Origin: an uncultured Verrucomicrobiae bacterium
GTDB taxonomy: Bacteria > Verrucomicrobiota > Verrucomicrobiia > Limisphaerales > JAFGQR01
Direction: 5' to 3'
Length of the DNA: 64,000 nucleotides
NCBI GenBank assembly: GCA_963788655.1
Contig: CAWBHS010000027.1
Coordinates: 1 to 64,000, forward strand
Of the stretch, positions 20,530 through 29,964 are shown piece by piece (the stretch's first letter is position 1; the number at the start of each line of letters is the position of its first letter). The notes under the pieces were generated by a model that was not told the DNA's origin, did not search any database, and saw only the letters and a list, made by a program, of their open reading frames with translations. A program made the translations under genes and the position numbers.

Positions 20530-20922
20530 ATGTCCACCGCCACAAAGTGGAAACTGATCGCAATCATCGGCTGGATAATTGCGGTCGCGCTACTCGGTCT
20601 TGCGGGTTTGAGGACAGTGGAATCTCGCACAGGAGGTGGTTCTGCGATTGACTCGCCGGACGGGACGAGCACGGCTTGGCTAGACTCGTATCGGAAAATC
20701 GGGCCACTTGTTCGTGATACGAACGTGTGGATAGATGTTTGCATTCAGCCCAAGGGGATTTCCGGCGTTGCCAATTCCAGGTATTTGAGGTTTTCATGTC
20801 CCGATGCAGACATTGGGGATGAGATGTATGCTCGGAACCATGACGGAGCCATTTCTTGGAGTTCCGATTCCAGGACGGTTCGCGTGATTCTGCCCAGGAA
20901 GGAGATCGTGATTACCAAATGA
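20530..20922 (+). CDS. Gene cassette 7: exported/membrane-anchored hypothetical protein
   Basis: MSTATKWKLIAIIGWIIAVALLGLAG..SPDG..ISWSSDSRTV. Confidence 0.75.
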   Translation: MSTATKWKLIAIIGWIIAVALLGLAGLRTVESRTGGGSAIDSPDGTSTAWLDSYRKIGPLVRDTNVWIDVCIQPKGISGVANSRYLRFSCPDADIGDEMYARNHDGAISWSSDSRTVRVILPRKEIVITK

Positions 20923-21070
20923 GCACAAAGCCGAACAATCGCTGCAGGCAACAGCCGCTGCGCCGGGCAGTTGACCGGTTTATGAAACTTGAACATCATC
21001 ATTGCAGGCCACGCCCGCTTTCGGCGGCTGTGCCTGAGCTCATCTCTGAGGTGAGCGATCAACCAATTTT

Positions 21071-22409
21071 TCATTTTTTCTTCGCGGCTTTAGCGCCCTT
21101 TTGCTGGCGGCGGGTGTAGGGGTTTTTGCCTAACTCAATCTGATCGAACAACGCCACGATCGGGCTGCCGTGGCGACGCAGCGCTGCCTCATAACGCGCC
21201 TCGTCATAGACCTCGTGGCGCTGCCAGCAGCACCAGAGGATTCGCTGCCATTTGTAGGCCAGCGCCCGGATCGCGACGTGATGGCTGGCCCCCGCCTCGC
21301 GCGGTTGTAAGTAGTAGGCCGCGGCCCAGCGACTGAACAGGATCGAGCTGCCGGCATACTCGTGAAAGCTCTGCCGGCAAAACTTCGGACAGAGATAGCG
21401 CCGATGGACGTGTCGCTTGTTGCCACTCTCTTTGGTGACCGGGGCGATGCCACTGTAGCACTGGAGACTGACGACCGTGGGAAAACGCTCGCGCTGGCTG
21501 CCCACCGTGGCCAACAACCGGGGCGCCAACACCGAGCCGGCTCCGGGCAGGTTCTTGAAGATGACGTAATCGGGGTGCGCCACAAAGCGCTCCTTGATCT
21601 GCTGATCGTAGGTGTCAATGGCGGCGACGACCAGTTGGAGTTGGCGACAAATCAATTGCACGCGCAAGGCGTAGGTTTCCACCAGGGCCGATTCCTCGGT
21701 GAGAGCAATCGCCTGCCTAATACATTGGAGCCGCTGGTCCAGCCGGGAAGCGCTGTGGGAATTGTGCTGGCGATAGAATTGTTTGAGGGTGGCTGGCTTG
21801 ACCTTTTTGATCGCCGCCAGCGTGGGCCATTTCAACAACAAATCGGTGGCCAGCGGCCGCCACAGTTCCTCGCCGCACAGCGTCAACGCCTGCGGAAAAT
21901 AAGCCTTTAAGAGGGCTTGCAAGCGGTTGGTCAACTCGGTGCGTTCGTCCACCACCGCGCGGCGGTGGGTGACGGTTTGTTGGAGGTGGCGAGTGGCGCT
22001 GTCCTCGGGCATGCCACACGGTCAGCTTGTCGTGGTGAGTCAGCAGCAGTTCAGCTAAATAATAGGCGTCCTGGGTGTCGTCCTTGGCGCGGCTGGTGAC
22101 GAAGGCTTCCCGGAAATTTTTCAACGTCATCGGGTTGATGGCGTAGAGGGTAATCCAGGCATAGCCTTCCAGGAAGGCCAGGAGGTTGGCGGCGGGTTGT
22201 TCCACGCAGATCGCCACCCGGCCCTGGGGATGTTGCTGGCGCAGTTGGGCCAGCCAGTCGTGGAGGGCCTCGGGACTGGTGCCGATGGTTTGGTTGGCAC
22301 GCTGGTGGGTGCGCACGTCAATCGTGTGGAGATCGGCGGTGGCATCGGAGCGGTCCAGGCCGATGACCAGGTCATACGGATAATCTTGCTTCATCGTCGA
22401 ATCATTCAT
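21071..22409 (-). CDS. IS110-family DEDD recombinase/transposase (frameshift near 22015)
   Basis: VIGLD, CVEQP, RAKDDTQDA (DEDD RuvC-like); LPGAGSVLAPRLLA, YSGIAPVTKESG (Tnp domain Ser-Gly), AIRALAYKW. Confidence 0.93.
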
Positions 22410-22435
22410 GGTTTATAGTTGGGTGGTTTTCCCGC

Positions 22436-22600
22436 AGGCTTGACCCGGCGACGGTAATATAGAAGAGTTCTGACTGCAAGCGCGAACGCCCTCTGAGAAG
22501 TCGTTAGAGGGTGCAAGCCCGCCCCGTGGGCCGGTCGATAAAGCTCAAAGTCGTCCAGGCGACTGGTCGTTCGCAGACCTGGCCCACAGAGGCGAGAAAA
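22436..22600 (-). ncRNA. Predicted IS110 bridge RNA (target-binding and donor-binding loops)
   Basis: Two consecutive stems with internal loops; loop segments match the attC7 target and the IS circle junction on opposite strands (see findings). Confidence 0.8.
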
Positions 22601-22763
22601 CCGGGATACCCTACGGCACCGATGCAACGAATGCGAATAAGTAAATGTCATCATCAACAGTTCGGCGGCGCAGTTATTGACCGGCGGCTGCGGCGGAGCA
22701 ACGCGGAGCGCGCCTGGCCACCGGTGAATAACTGCGGATAACCTATATTGATCGTTATGCGGC

Positions 22764-23093
22764 ATGCGTACATTCCCAACAATGAGAGTTTGGTTGCCAG
22801 TCATAGTCGGTTTTGTCTTAGGCTTGTTTTTTGCATTGCCTGTTTTGAGCCGAGGTGTAGGTGATTGGTTTGAGGGCCATCCAATGACGAATCAGATTTA
22901 TGAAGTGTTGCATTTTCCAGCTATTATTTTGGCGTATCTCTTCGGGTTTATGTCCAACCCAAGCGAGATTGGCGCGGTTGGCGATGCTTTACCATATACT
23001 GTCATCATTCAGTGGCTCTTGGTTGGCTTTGTTATCAGCGCGATTGTCTATTGGAGGCAGTGCCGCCGTGAACATGCAAAAGACCTCGCCTAA
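22764..23093 (+). CDS. Gene cassette 8: membrane protein
   Basis: AT-rich, about three TM segments; stop TAA lies in the gcctaac box of attC8. Confidence 0.75.
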   Translation: MRTFPTMRVWLPVIVGFVLGLFFALPVLSRGVGDWFEGHPMTNQIYEVLHFPAIILAYLFGFMSNPSEIGAVGDALPYTVIIQWLLVGFVISAIVYWRQCRREHAKDLA

Positions 23094-23213
23094 CAAGCGG
23101 ATTCACACGAACCGCCGCCCCGCGTTTCAGTTTCGATGCGCCGGGTTCTTCGCACACTGGATTCGCTGCCAGTGGCCGTTTCCGGCGGCGGTCGGTGATC
23201 CTTGGCGTTAGTT
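23088..23213 (+). other. attC site 8
   Basis: gcctaac-aagcggattcacacgaaccgccgcc ... ggcggcggtcggtgatccttggc-gttagtt. Confidence 0.9.
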
Positions 23214-23490
23214 GTGACATGAAGTCGCATTCATCACTGCTGAGCATGGGCAACCTGACTCAGCCCTGCCTTTCGCGGCAGGTATTCCAGGGGAGCATGC
23301 GTTGGGCGGGCGGCCGCAAGGCTACTGTCCAGGGTGTGAAGCCTTCCCGACAATGTAGCCAGCCTGGGAGCCTCAATCCGGGTGCGGCGCTAGAATTGGA
23401 TGGTAGGGTCAACCCACGTGAACACTCGCAAGCATCGTCAGAGGAACGAGCCAGACGAGGCTGTTTTAAGGCTTCGATCAGAAAATAGCC

Positions 23491-23760
23491 ATGAAGAAGG
23501 CCCCAACTGTTTATGCCCTGCTGTTTATTAATCTAGGCATTTTCGTAGCTACGGTTACTTTCTTGCCAAGACGGGGATCATGGGGTTCCAGCGGGCCGCT
23601 CAGTTACTTCCTCAATTCTCGTGCTCGTTGGGATATCGCATGGGGCGTCCTCGTTGCGGGCATTATCCTTTCTATCGGCATCATCTTTTTACTTTACGCT
23701 AAAGGCGCATTTGAACAGAAACCAAAGAAGATTGAACAAGCCGTCGATCCTAACGCCTGA
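23491..23760 (+). CDS. Gene cassette 9: small two-TM protein
   Basis: 89 aa, AT-rich, ends inside attC9. Confidence 0.7.
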   Translation: MKKAPTVYALLFINLGIFVATVTFLPRRGSWGSSGPLSYFLNSRARWDIAWGVLVAGIILSIGIIFLLYAKGAFEQKPKKIEQAVDPNA

Positions 23761-23855
23761 CCCGCCCCGAGACGGAAGCGTCATGACAACTCAACCCTTA
23801 CCCCAGCAGTCGGAGCGCGTCCTCGGTCAGGCGTAGGATGACTCCAACGTTCGTG
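23731..23855 (+). other. attC site 9
   Basis: attgaac-aagccgtcgatcctaacgcctgacc ... ggtcaggcgtaggatgactccaac-gttcgtg. Confidence 0.75.
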
Positions 23856-23955
23856 GTGACATGAAGTCGCATTCATCACTGCTAACGCCGATCACCTTTG
23901 CCTCTGGAAACTTCGCAGTCCCTGGTTCGAAGACGGGGAAAAGGGAGATCGGGTC

Positions 23956-25469
23956 TTACTTTTTGGGGGGGTCGTGCAGGATTTCAAACTTGCTGGTTCC
24001 GCGGCTGGTGAAATGGATAATAATGCCTCTCTGAGCGTTGCCTTCGCTGATGGCCGTCTTGAATTGGCCGGGCGTGCGCACGGTTTGGCGGTTTACTTCC
24101 GTGATGATGTCGCCGGGGCGAATGCCTTTGCGCGCTGCTTCACTGTCGGTTTCCACTTCGGTGACAATCACGCCGCGTTTCGTGGTAACACCAAATTGCC
24201 GTGCAATTTCCGGGGTGAGCATTTTGACCGTGGCGCCGAAACGGCTGGCCGTTTCCTGCCAGCTCACTTTTCCCCTCCCGCTTGGCGAGGACGGGCATGG
24301 TCGGGTCCGGCCACGCCCCGGTTTTCACCTTAACTTCGAGGTTTTCTCCCCCGCGATGGACCGACAGCGCAATTTCCTGGCCCACCGGTTTGTTGCGGAT
24401 GGCGTTGCGGAGCTGTTGGGGGGTAGCCACCGGCTCCCGGTCCACGGCGGTGATGATGTCCGCTGCCTGCAATGTGGATTGGGCGGCCGGGCCGTCCAAC
24501 ATGATTTCCGTGACCACGACTCCATCGCTGACATCCGGCACCAGTTCACGCAGTTCGGCATCGTCGTGAAGCGCGCTGATTTTCACCCCAAGGTAGGGCC
24601 GAACAAATTTGCCGTCCCGGATAAGTTGATCGGCGACCAAGCGGGCCAGATTGATGGGAATGGCAAAACCGATTCCGGTGCGCAGGCCCCGGATGAGCGT
24701 ATTGATCCCGATCACTTCGCCGGCAATGTTCACCAACGGACCGCCACTGTTGCCGGGATTGATGTTGGCATCGGTCTGAAGAAAGTCCTGGTCCATGCTG
24801 GGATCGTTGATCACTCGCGTCCGGCCTTTGGCGCTGACATGGCCGAAGGTAACGCTGTAATCCAGTTCGTAGGGTGCGCCGATGGCGATGGCGAATTCGC
24901 CGACACGGATTTTGTCGGAGTCGCCGAGTTTGGCGACGGCCAACGGACTGTTCTTAGGATCAATTTTCAGGACCGCCACGTCGGATAGGGCATCCACTCC
25001 ACGCACTTGGGCTTCAAACTCCGAGCCATCCTGCAACACCACCAGAATCTTCTCCGCCCCCTCGACAACGTGGCGATTGGTCAGGATATAACCTTCTTTG
25101 CGGATCACCACACCGGAGCCCTGCCCGTTGAAGATCGGTGGATGCCCGGGCGGTAATTTCTGGCCATCCTCCTTTTGTTTTTGTTTGTCCCACTGTTCCT
25201 CAAGGTGCTTGCGAAATTCGCGGGGAACCAGGTCCCAAAATGGCGAACTCTCGTCATCCAGGTTCAGCAAGAGTCGGTCGCTGGGCCACTTTAATGACTA
25301 CGACGGCGGGCGACACTTGTTCAGCGACGTCGGCAAAGGCCTGGTTCAATTGCCGGGCCAGATCCAAAGGCGACGGGGCTTCCGCGGCGGGCGCGGGCGG
25401 CGCCGGGCTCAACCAGAGCGCGGCGAGAACGAGGGGACGGATAAGTTGCGCAATACGGACTGTTTTCAT
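23956..25469 (-). CDS. DegP/HtrA family serine protease with PDZ domains (frameshifts)
   Basis: ILTNRHVV, DVAVLKI, QTDANINPGNSGGPL catalytic motifs; signal peptide; two PDZ regions. Confidence 0.93.
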
Positions 25470-25674
25470 ATCGATCAGGTCAAAGCTTTGGTTACCACTG
25501 CCCACAGCAGGATGCCAACGCGAGTTCGCTTATCCTAGCATTTCACGCCGGTAAAGCCAAATCGATGGGGCAACGCGGCACGGGCATACCGAGATTCGGT
25601 CGGCGCGCTTGAGCTTCGCCCGTCGATCCGGCACGAATATCGGTGTTCCTTGAGAAATCGTCTCCCGTTGCCTG

Positions 25675-25765
25675 AGCCGTCACTATTCAGTAGGAAAGGC
25701 GAGACGCCTGTCCTACCACGCCGCCTCCCCTTTATCGCAGCACCAGCCACTGTATGGATACGGCC
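25675..25765. repeat. Short copy of the 16011-16211 element
   Basis: agccgtcactattcagtagg..aggcgagacgcctgtcctaccacgccg...actgtatggatacggc. Confidence 0.65.
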
Positions 25766-25923
25766 CAGCAAATCAAGCCCGGCGATCCTTAAGTGTTACA
25801 ACGACCCCGGCTGGAGCTTGCCGACCTGGATACCTGGAGCCGCGCCTTCCGTTGATTGCCCGGATTGACTTAATTTCCTTCGCCCGATAATTTCGGGCGG
25901 CACTGAATTATCGAACCAATCAC

Positions 25924-26652
25924 ATGCTCGACGTTATCGACAAATTGCTGACCCTGCAGGAGCGCGACCGCAACATCGTTCAGCTCGGTGAAGAATTGCG
26001 CCGCATCCCTCCAGAACGGAACGATTTGCAGTTCAAGGTTGAAGCCGCCCAACAAACACTCGAAGCCGGCAAACTCCACCTCAAACAGATCGAATCCGAC
26101 CGGAAGAGACTCGAACTGGAAGTGGAGCAAAAACAACAGTTGATCGAAAAATATTCCCTGCAACAGTATCAAACCAAGAAGAACGAAGAATACCGGGCCT
26201 TGGAGCATGAGATTGCAAATTGCAAAAAAGACATCCATCGCCTGGAAGATCAAGAACTCGAATTGATGGAAAAGGCGGAAGCGGGGCAAAAACAAGCCGC
26301 TGAAGCCGCCAAGGAAGCTCAAACAGTCAAGAAGACTGTGGACGACCGTTTGGCCGATCTGGCGAAACGGGAACAGGAGTTGGAGGATCAACTTGCCAAG
26401 CTGGAAACGGGCCGCGATGACCTGGCAGCGGCCGTTGCGCCCGAAGTGCTCTCGCGCTACGAACGCCTCTTCAAGAATAAAGGCGGCTCCGTGGTCGTCG
26501 GCGTCCACCGGGGCGTGTGCGGCGGCTGCCACATGCAGCTCAGCCGACAAATCGTGGTCAATTGCCAGGCCGAACAGGAAATTGTCACTTGTGTCAATTG
26601 TGGCCGATTGCTGTATTACACCCGGGATATGGATGTTGCGTTGATGGAATAG
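25924..26652 (+). CDS. Coiled-coil C4-type zinc-ribbon protein (DUF164-like)
   Basis: Long coiled coil followed by CGGC...CVNCGRLLY. Confidence 0.9.
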   Translation: MLDVIDKLLTLQERDRNIVQLGEELRRIPPERNDLQFKVEAAQQTLEAGKLHLKQIESDRKRLELEVEQKQQLIEKYSLQQYQTKKNEEYRALEHEIANCKKDIHRLEDQELELMEKAEAGQKQAAEAAKEAQTVKKTVDDRLADLAKREQELEDQLAKLETGRDDLAAAVAPEVLSRYERLFKNKGGSVVVGVHRGVCGGCHMQLSRQIVVNCQAEQEIVTCVNCGRLLYYTRDMDVALME

Positions 26653-26772
26653 TTGGAGCCTGATCCAAGAACAGACTTCCGAAAAACTTGTGGGAACTTC
26701 TGCGGGTTCCGATTCAACTCCAATCACGTCTTGTAAAACGGCGACTGGCCTTGTAGCTTCTAAATGGATTTT

Positions 26773-27205
26773 GGAAGAGCGGAGAATCGCCTCGAGTGCA
26801 AACTCGGGGAGGAAAGTCCGAACTCCACAGGGCGCGATGCCGTGTAACCCGGTTCGGTCGCAAGGCCGGGTGTGGGATATACACGGGAGAAACGGTTGAA
26901 GCCGTTTCGACGGACAGTGCCACAGAAAACGAACCGCCGGTTGGGGAGTCCTCCGGGTAACCGGGTGACTGCCGTACCCGCAATCGGTAAGGGTGAAAAG
27001 GTGGGGTAAGAGCCCACCGCTCCAAGAGCAATCGCGGAGGCACGGAAAACCCCATCGGGAGCAAGGCCAAATAGGGGACCTCGGAGCGGCCCGCTCCAGC
27101 CGCGCTCACGCGCGGCAGGTTCCGGGTACTGGCTGCACAGACAAATGATTCTCTCCCTGGCGCTTGTTTGGGCCAGGCAGACAGAATTCGGCTTACAGCT
27201 CTTCC
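26773..27205 (+). ncRNA. rnpB: RNase P RNA (type A)
   Basis: gaggaaagtccgaact, gggtgaaaaggtggggtaagagcccacc, acagaattcggcttac; P1 ggaagagc/gctcttcc. Confidence 0.97.
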
Positions 27206-27900
27206 AAAATCCCCAAATCCAACTCGGCCGTGGTTTCCGAACTGGCCAAAGGTTCGACAAATCCTGGCTGGTCGTCTTTCGGGCTGTTCACGCGCGAGCT
27301 GACCGGGTACCCGGTCATTTGCGCTGCTGGAAATGGACCCCACAATGGCGGCAAAACGTCGGCGTTGGCGCCTTCGAGGTCGAGCCAAGTCCGACAACCC
27401 TCCGGTGACAGCATGACGGGCATCCGGTCATGCACTGGTCGCAGGACTTCATTGGCGGAGGTGGTCAGGATTGTGAACGTCGCCAGTTCCCGGCCTTCCG
27501 ATCCGTGCCAACGGTCCCACAATCCCGCAAACGCAAATGGCGCCTTGGTACGCAACCGGAAATAGAAAGGTTGCTTGGAACGTCCGGACTTTTGCCATTC
27601 GTAGAATCCATCGGCCAGCACCAGGCACCGGCGGTGGGTCAGCAGTTTTTTGAACGCGGGCTTTTCCGCAATGGTTTCCGTCCGCGCATTAATCATTCGA
27701 TGGCCAATCTTTTCGTCCTTGGCCCAAAACGGCACCAAGCCCCAGCGCATCGACTTAAGGTGTTGCCCCGCGATAATGACCGGAGCTTCCTGCGACGGCG
27801 CAAGGTTGTAACGGGGTCGGAGCAAGCGATCATCCCCATCGAAATCCAGGAGCTGTTTGATTTCGTCGGGCTTGCAGGTTTGCGTGTATCGGCCGCACAT
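27193..27900 (-). CDS. SOS response-associated peptidase (SRAP/YedK family)
   Basis: N-terminal MCGRY, INARTET, GFYEW, HDRMPV. Confidence 0.95.
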   Translation of the reverse strand: MCGRYTQTCKPDEIKQLLDFDGDDRLLRPRYNLAPSQEAPVIIAGQHLKSMRWGLVPFWAKDEKIGHRMINARTETIAEKPAFKKLLTHRRCLVLADGFYEWQKSGRSKQPFYFRLRTKAPFAFAGLWDRWHGSEGRELATFTILTTSANEVLRPVHDRMPVMLSPEGCRTWLDLEGANADVLPPLWGPFPAAQMTGYPVSSRVNSPKDDQPGFVEPLASSETTAELDLGILEEL

Positions 27901-28032
27901 CGAACGAGTAATTGTTTGCGTAAACTTGGAATCAATTTGCAGTCACACCAGAATTTCCACATCATCCTTCTTCAGCGACATCATTCAGATAGCAAGAGGG
28001 TCCGCCCACCACCAACATTTACAGAATGGTCA

Positions 28033-28638
28033 TTACTTTGAAAACCAAGCTACCAGTTGTTCACGTAACCGATGGAAGCAAGGATCGTTACAGTGGCGAA
28101 GACTGATCTTCTCAGCGATTCGCTGATACAAGGCGGAAGACCGAGGGCGACGGATCAATCGGAGCGCGGATTCCAGAGCTTCTTTGGGACGACTGGGCTT
28201 CTGATTGGTTTGAAACGTGAAGCCACTTTTCGAAAGCCATTCCCGGATACCCTCGCCCGCCGGCCAACCGATCACCTCCTCGATGGCGTTATCCGAACCC
28301 CACATCCAGATATCTAACTCCGGTTCAATCACAATGGCTTTGGCGCGACTGTTCCAAACGGGTCGCAGTCGCGCGTCGAGTTCAGTTTCCAACGCACGTG
28401 CGTCGTCCGATTCAGAGCCACTTCCTTCGAAATCCAGCAAGAGCAACGCGTGGGAGAACCGCCGATGCTCTAATGCCAACAGCTCGGGACCTGATTTCCT
28501 AACGCCGCCGTCTCGCCCAGGATGTACACGAAACTCAAACTCCACCGGGTGGATCGCCAAGGCTTCCGGTCGCCCCAATGCCCCGGTCAGTGCGAATTGG
28601 GCGTTCTTGTCGGCAACCAAAAAGATGAGATCCTTCAT
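28033..28638 (-). CDS. MAD4-like (TOPRIM-like) partner of an ABC/AAA ATPase
   Basis: MKDLIFLVADKN, HPGRDGGV, LLLDFEGSG, IVIEPELDIWMW, PKEALE; resemblance recalled, not searched. Confidence 0.65.
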   Translation of the reverse strand: MKDLIFLVADKNAQFALTGALGRPEALAIHPVEFEFRVHPGRDGGVRKSGPELLALEHRRFSHALLLLDFEGSGSESDDARALETELDARLRPVWNSRAKAIVIEPELDIWMWGSDNAIEEVIGWPAGEGIREWLSKSGFTFQTNQKPSRPKEALESALRLIRRPRSSALYQRIAEKISLRHCNDPCFHRLREQLVAWFSK

Positions 28639-28647
28639 GGCCCAACA

Positions 28648-29907
28648 TTAGCTGAGAATTCCTGAGGCAAACAGAACTCCCAAATCCGGTTCGCCCTGCT
28701 TCCAATCTCGCAGCGCCGGATGTTTGTCGCCGGAAACGATGTCGGTGGCGCCCGCGGAATCTTTTGCGAAACACAAAACGTCTCCAGGCTCCAAAAGGTT
28801 CAATGCAACCGGGCTGTGCGTGGCCACCAAAATCTGGCTTTGGTAAACGGAGGCAAGGGACTGGAGGACCGTTTCGATGGCCCGCGGATGAATGCCGTTT
28901 TCGGGTTCTTCGATCAAGAATGTGCCGGCGAGATTGGGAAGATAAGCGGGAATCGTCAGGGTTAGCAAACGCAGGGTTCCGTCAGAGGTTAGCCAGGAAG
29001 GCACCTTGGCTCCGTTTGCATATTCGATCACCAAATAACGGTGTCGATCCTCTGGTCGTTCAATCGTATCAATGTCCTGAATGTCCTCGAGAGCGGTGCG
29101 CACGTGATCCAGCCAAGCTCGAAACCGTTGTTGATCCTTTCGCAACTCAGCGATGACCCAAGGCAAATTCGAACCGTCAGTCTGAAAACGGCGGCCTAAT
29201 CCTGGCGCGCTGGGTTGGCGAATCACTTGGCTGTTAAGTACAAAAGTTTGCACTCCTTTTTCCAACAGATTGCGAAACCAAGTGCTCACGGGGAAGCTCT
29301 CTGTGTCGGATGGAAGATTCGCCAAGGCTGATCGCCCCCGCCCCCCCTTGTAGGACGGTTTGTACGATTGTTTCCCCTCGGTGTAGTAATTATCGTTGCC
29401 GCCAGGAGTTTTGGTGATGGCCGCTTTCATTGTCTTTTTCGCGCGGCATAAGATTGAGGGCGTATCAGCTCGAAGTTCTGGAAACATTTCCCGTTGAATC
29501 GGCGTCGTATTCAGCATCGGCTCCATCAGCCATAGCGTTTCGTGATCCAGACCGATTTCATTGCTTGCTTTGTCCAAGCCCACTTCGACTTCGTAACGCA
29601 GCTTGGTAAAACGCTGTTTGTCTGCCGCCATGGATTTTCGAATGTCGGACGGGATCTCTGCTTCGACGGCCAGTTGAAACGAGCGGCCCTGCCCCATCCA
29701 CACCAGATTCTCGAAATTGCTGCTGCGGGCCTGAACCGTGCTTAACACATCCCCTCGATTTCGCGTCAGATCGCTCAGGAATCCAACAACATCGAGGAAC
29801 GTCGTCTTGCCACTGGCATTGGGACCCACCAAAGCCCGGAAAGGACCAATGGTCTGGTCGATCGATTTCAAACACCGGAACCTGCGGCTCTGGAGGCGCG
29901 TAAACAT
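28648..29907 (-). CDS. ABC/AAA_21-type ATPase, MAD3-like
   Basis: Walker A GPNASGKTT, signature SDGTLR, Walker B LIEEPENGIHP, H-loop ATHSP. Confidence 0.88.
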   Translation of the reverse strand: MFTRLQSRRFRCLKSIDQTIGPFRALVGPNASGKTTFLDVVGFLSDLTRNRGDVLSTVQARSSNFENLVWMGQGRSFQLAVEAEIPSDIRKSMAADKQRFTKLRYEVEVGLDKASNEIGLDHETLWLMEPMLNTTPIQREMFPELRADTPSILCRAKKTMKAAITKTPGGNDNYYTEGKQSYKPSYKGGRGRSALANLPSDTESFPVSTWFRNLLEKGVQTFVLNSQVIRQPSAPGLGRRFQTDGSNLPWVIAELRKDQQRFRAWLDHVRTALEDIQDIDTIERPEDRHRYLVIEYANGAKVPSWLTSDGTLRLLTLTIPAYLPNLAGTFLIEEPENGIHPRAIETVLQSLASVYQSQILVATHSPVALNLLEPGDVLCFAKDSAGATDIVSGDKHPALRDWKQGEPDLGVLFASGILS

Positions 29908-29964
29908 ATTAAATTCTGGATGGATGGCTGAAGCCAATGATTCTCAGTGGAATTACACCGTTGC

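Larger units (their letters stand above)
21041..22747 (-). mobile_element. IS110-family insertion sequence, about 1.7 kb
   Basis: Boundaries defined by rejoining attC7; recombinase gene, about 340 bp upstream non-coding end and about 30 bp downstream end. Confidence 0.9.
20930..22760 (+). other. attC site 7, split by an IS110 element (halves 20930-21040 and 22749-22760)
   Basis: gccgaac-aatcgctgcaggcaacagccgc ... gcggctgtgcctgagct | IS | tgatc-gttatgc. Confidence 0.88.
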
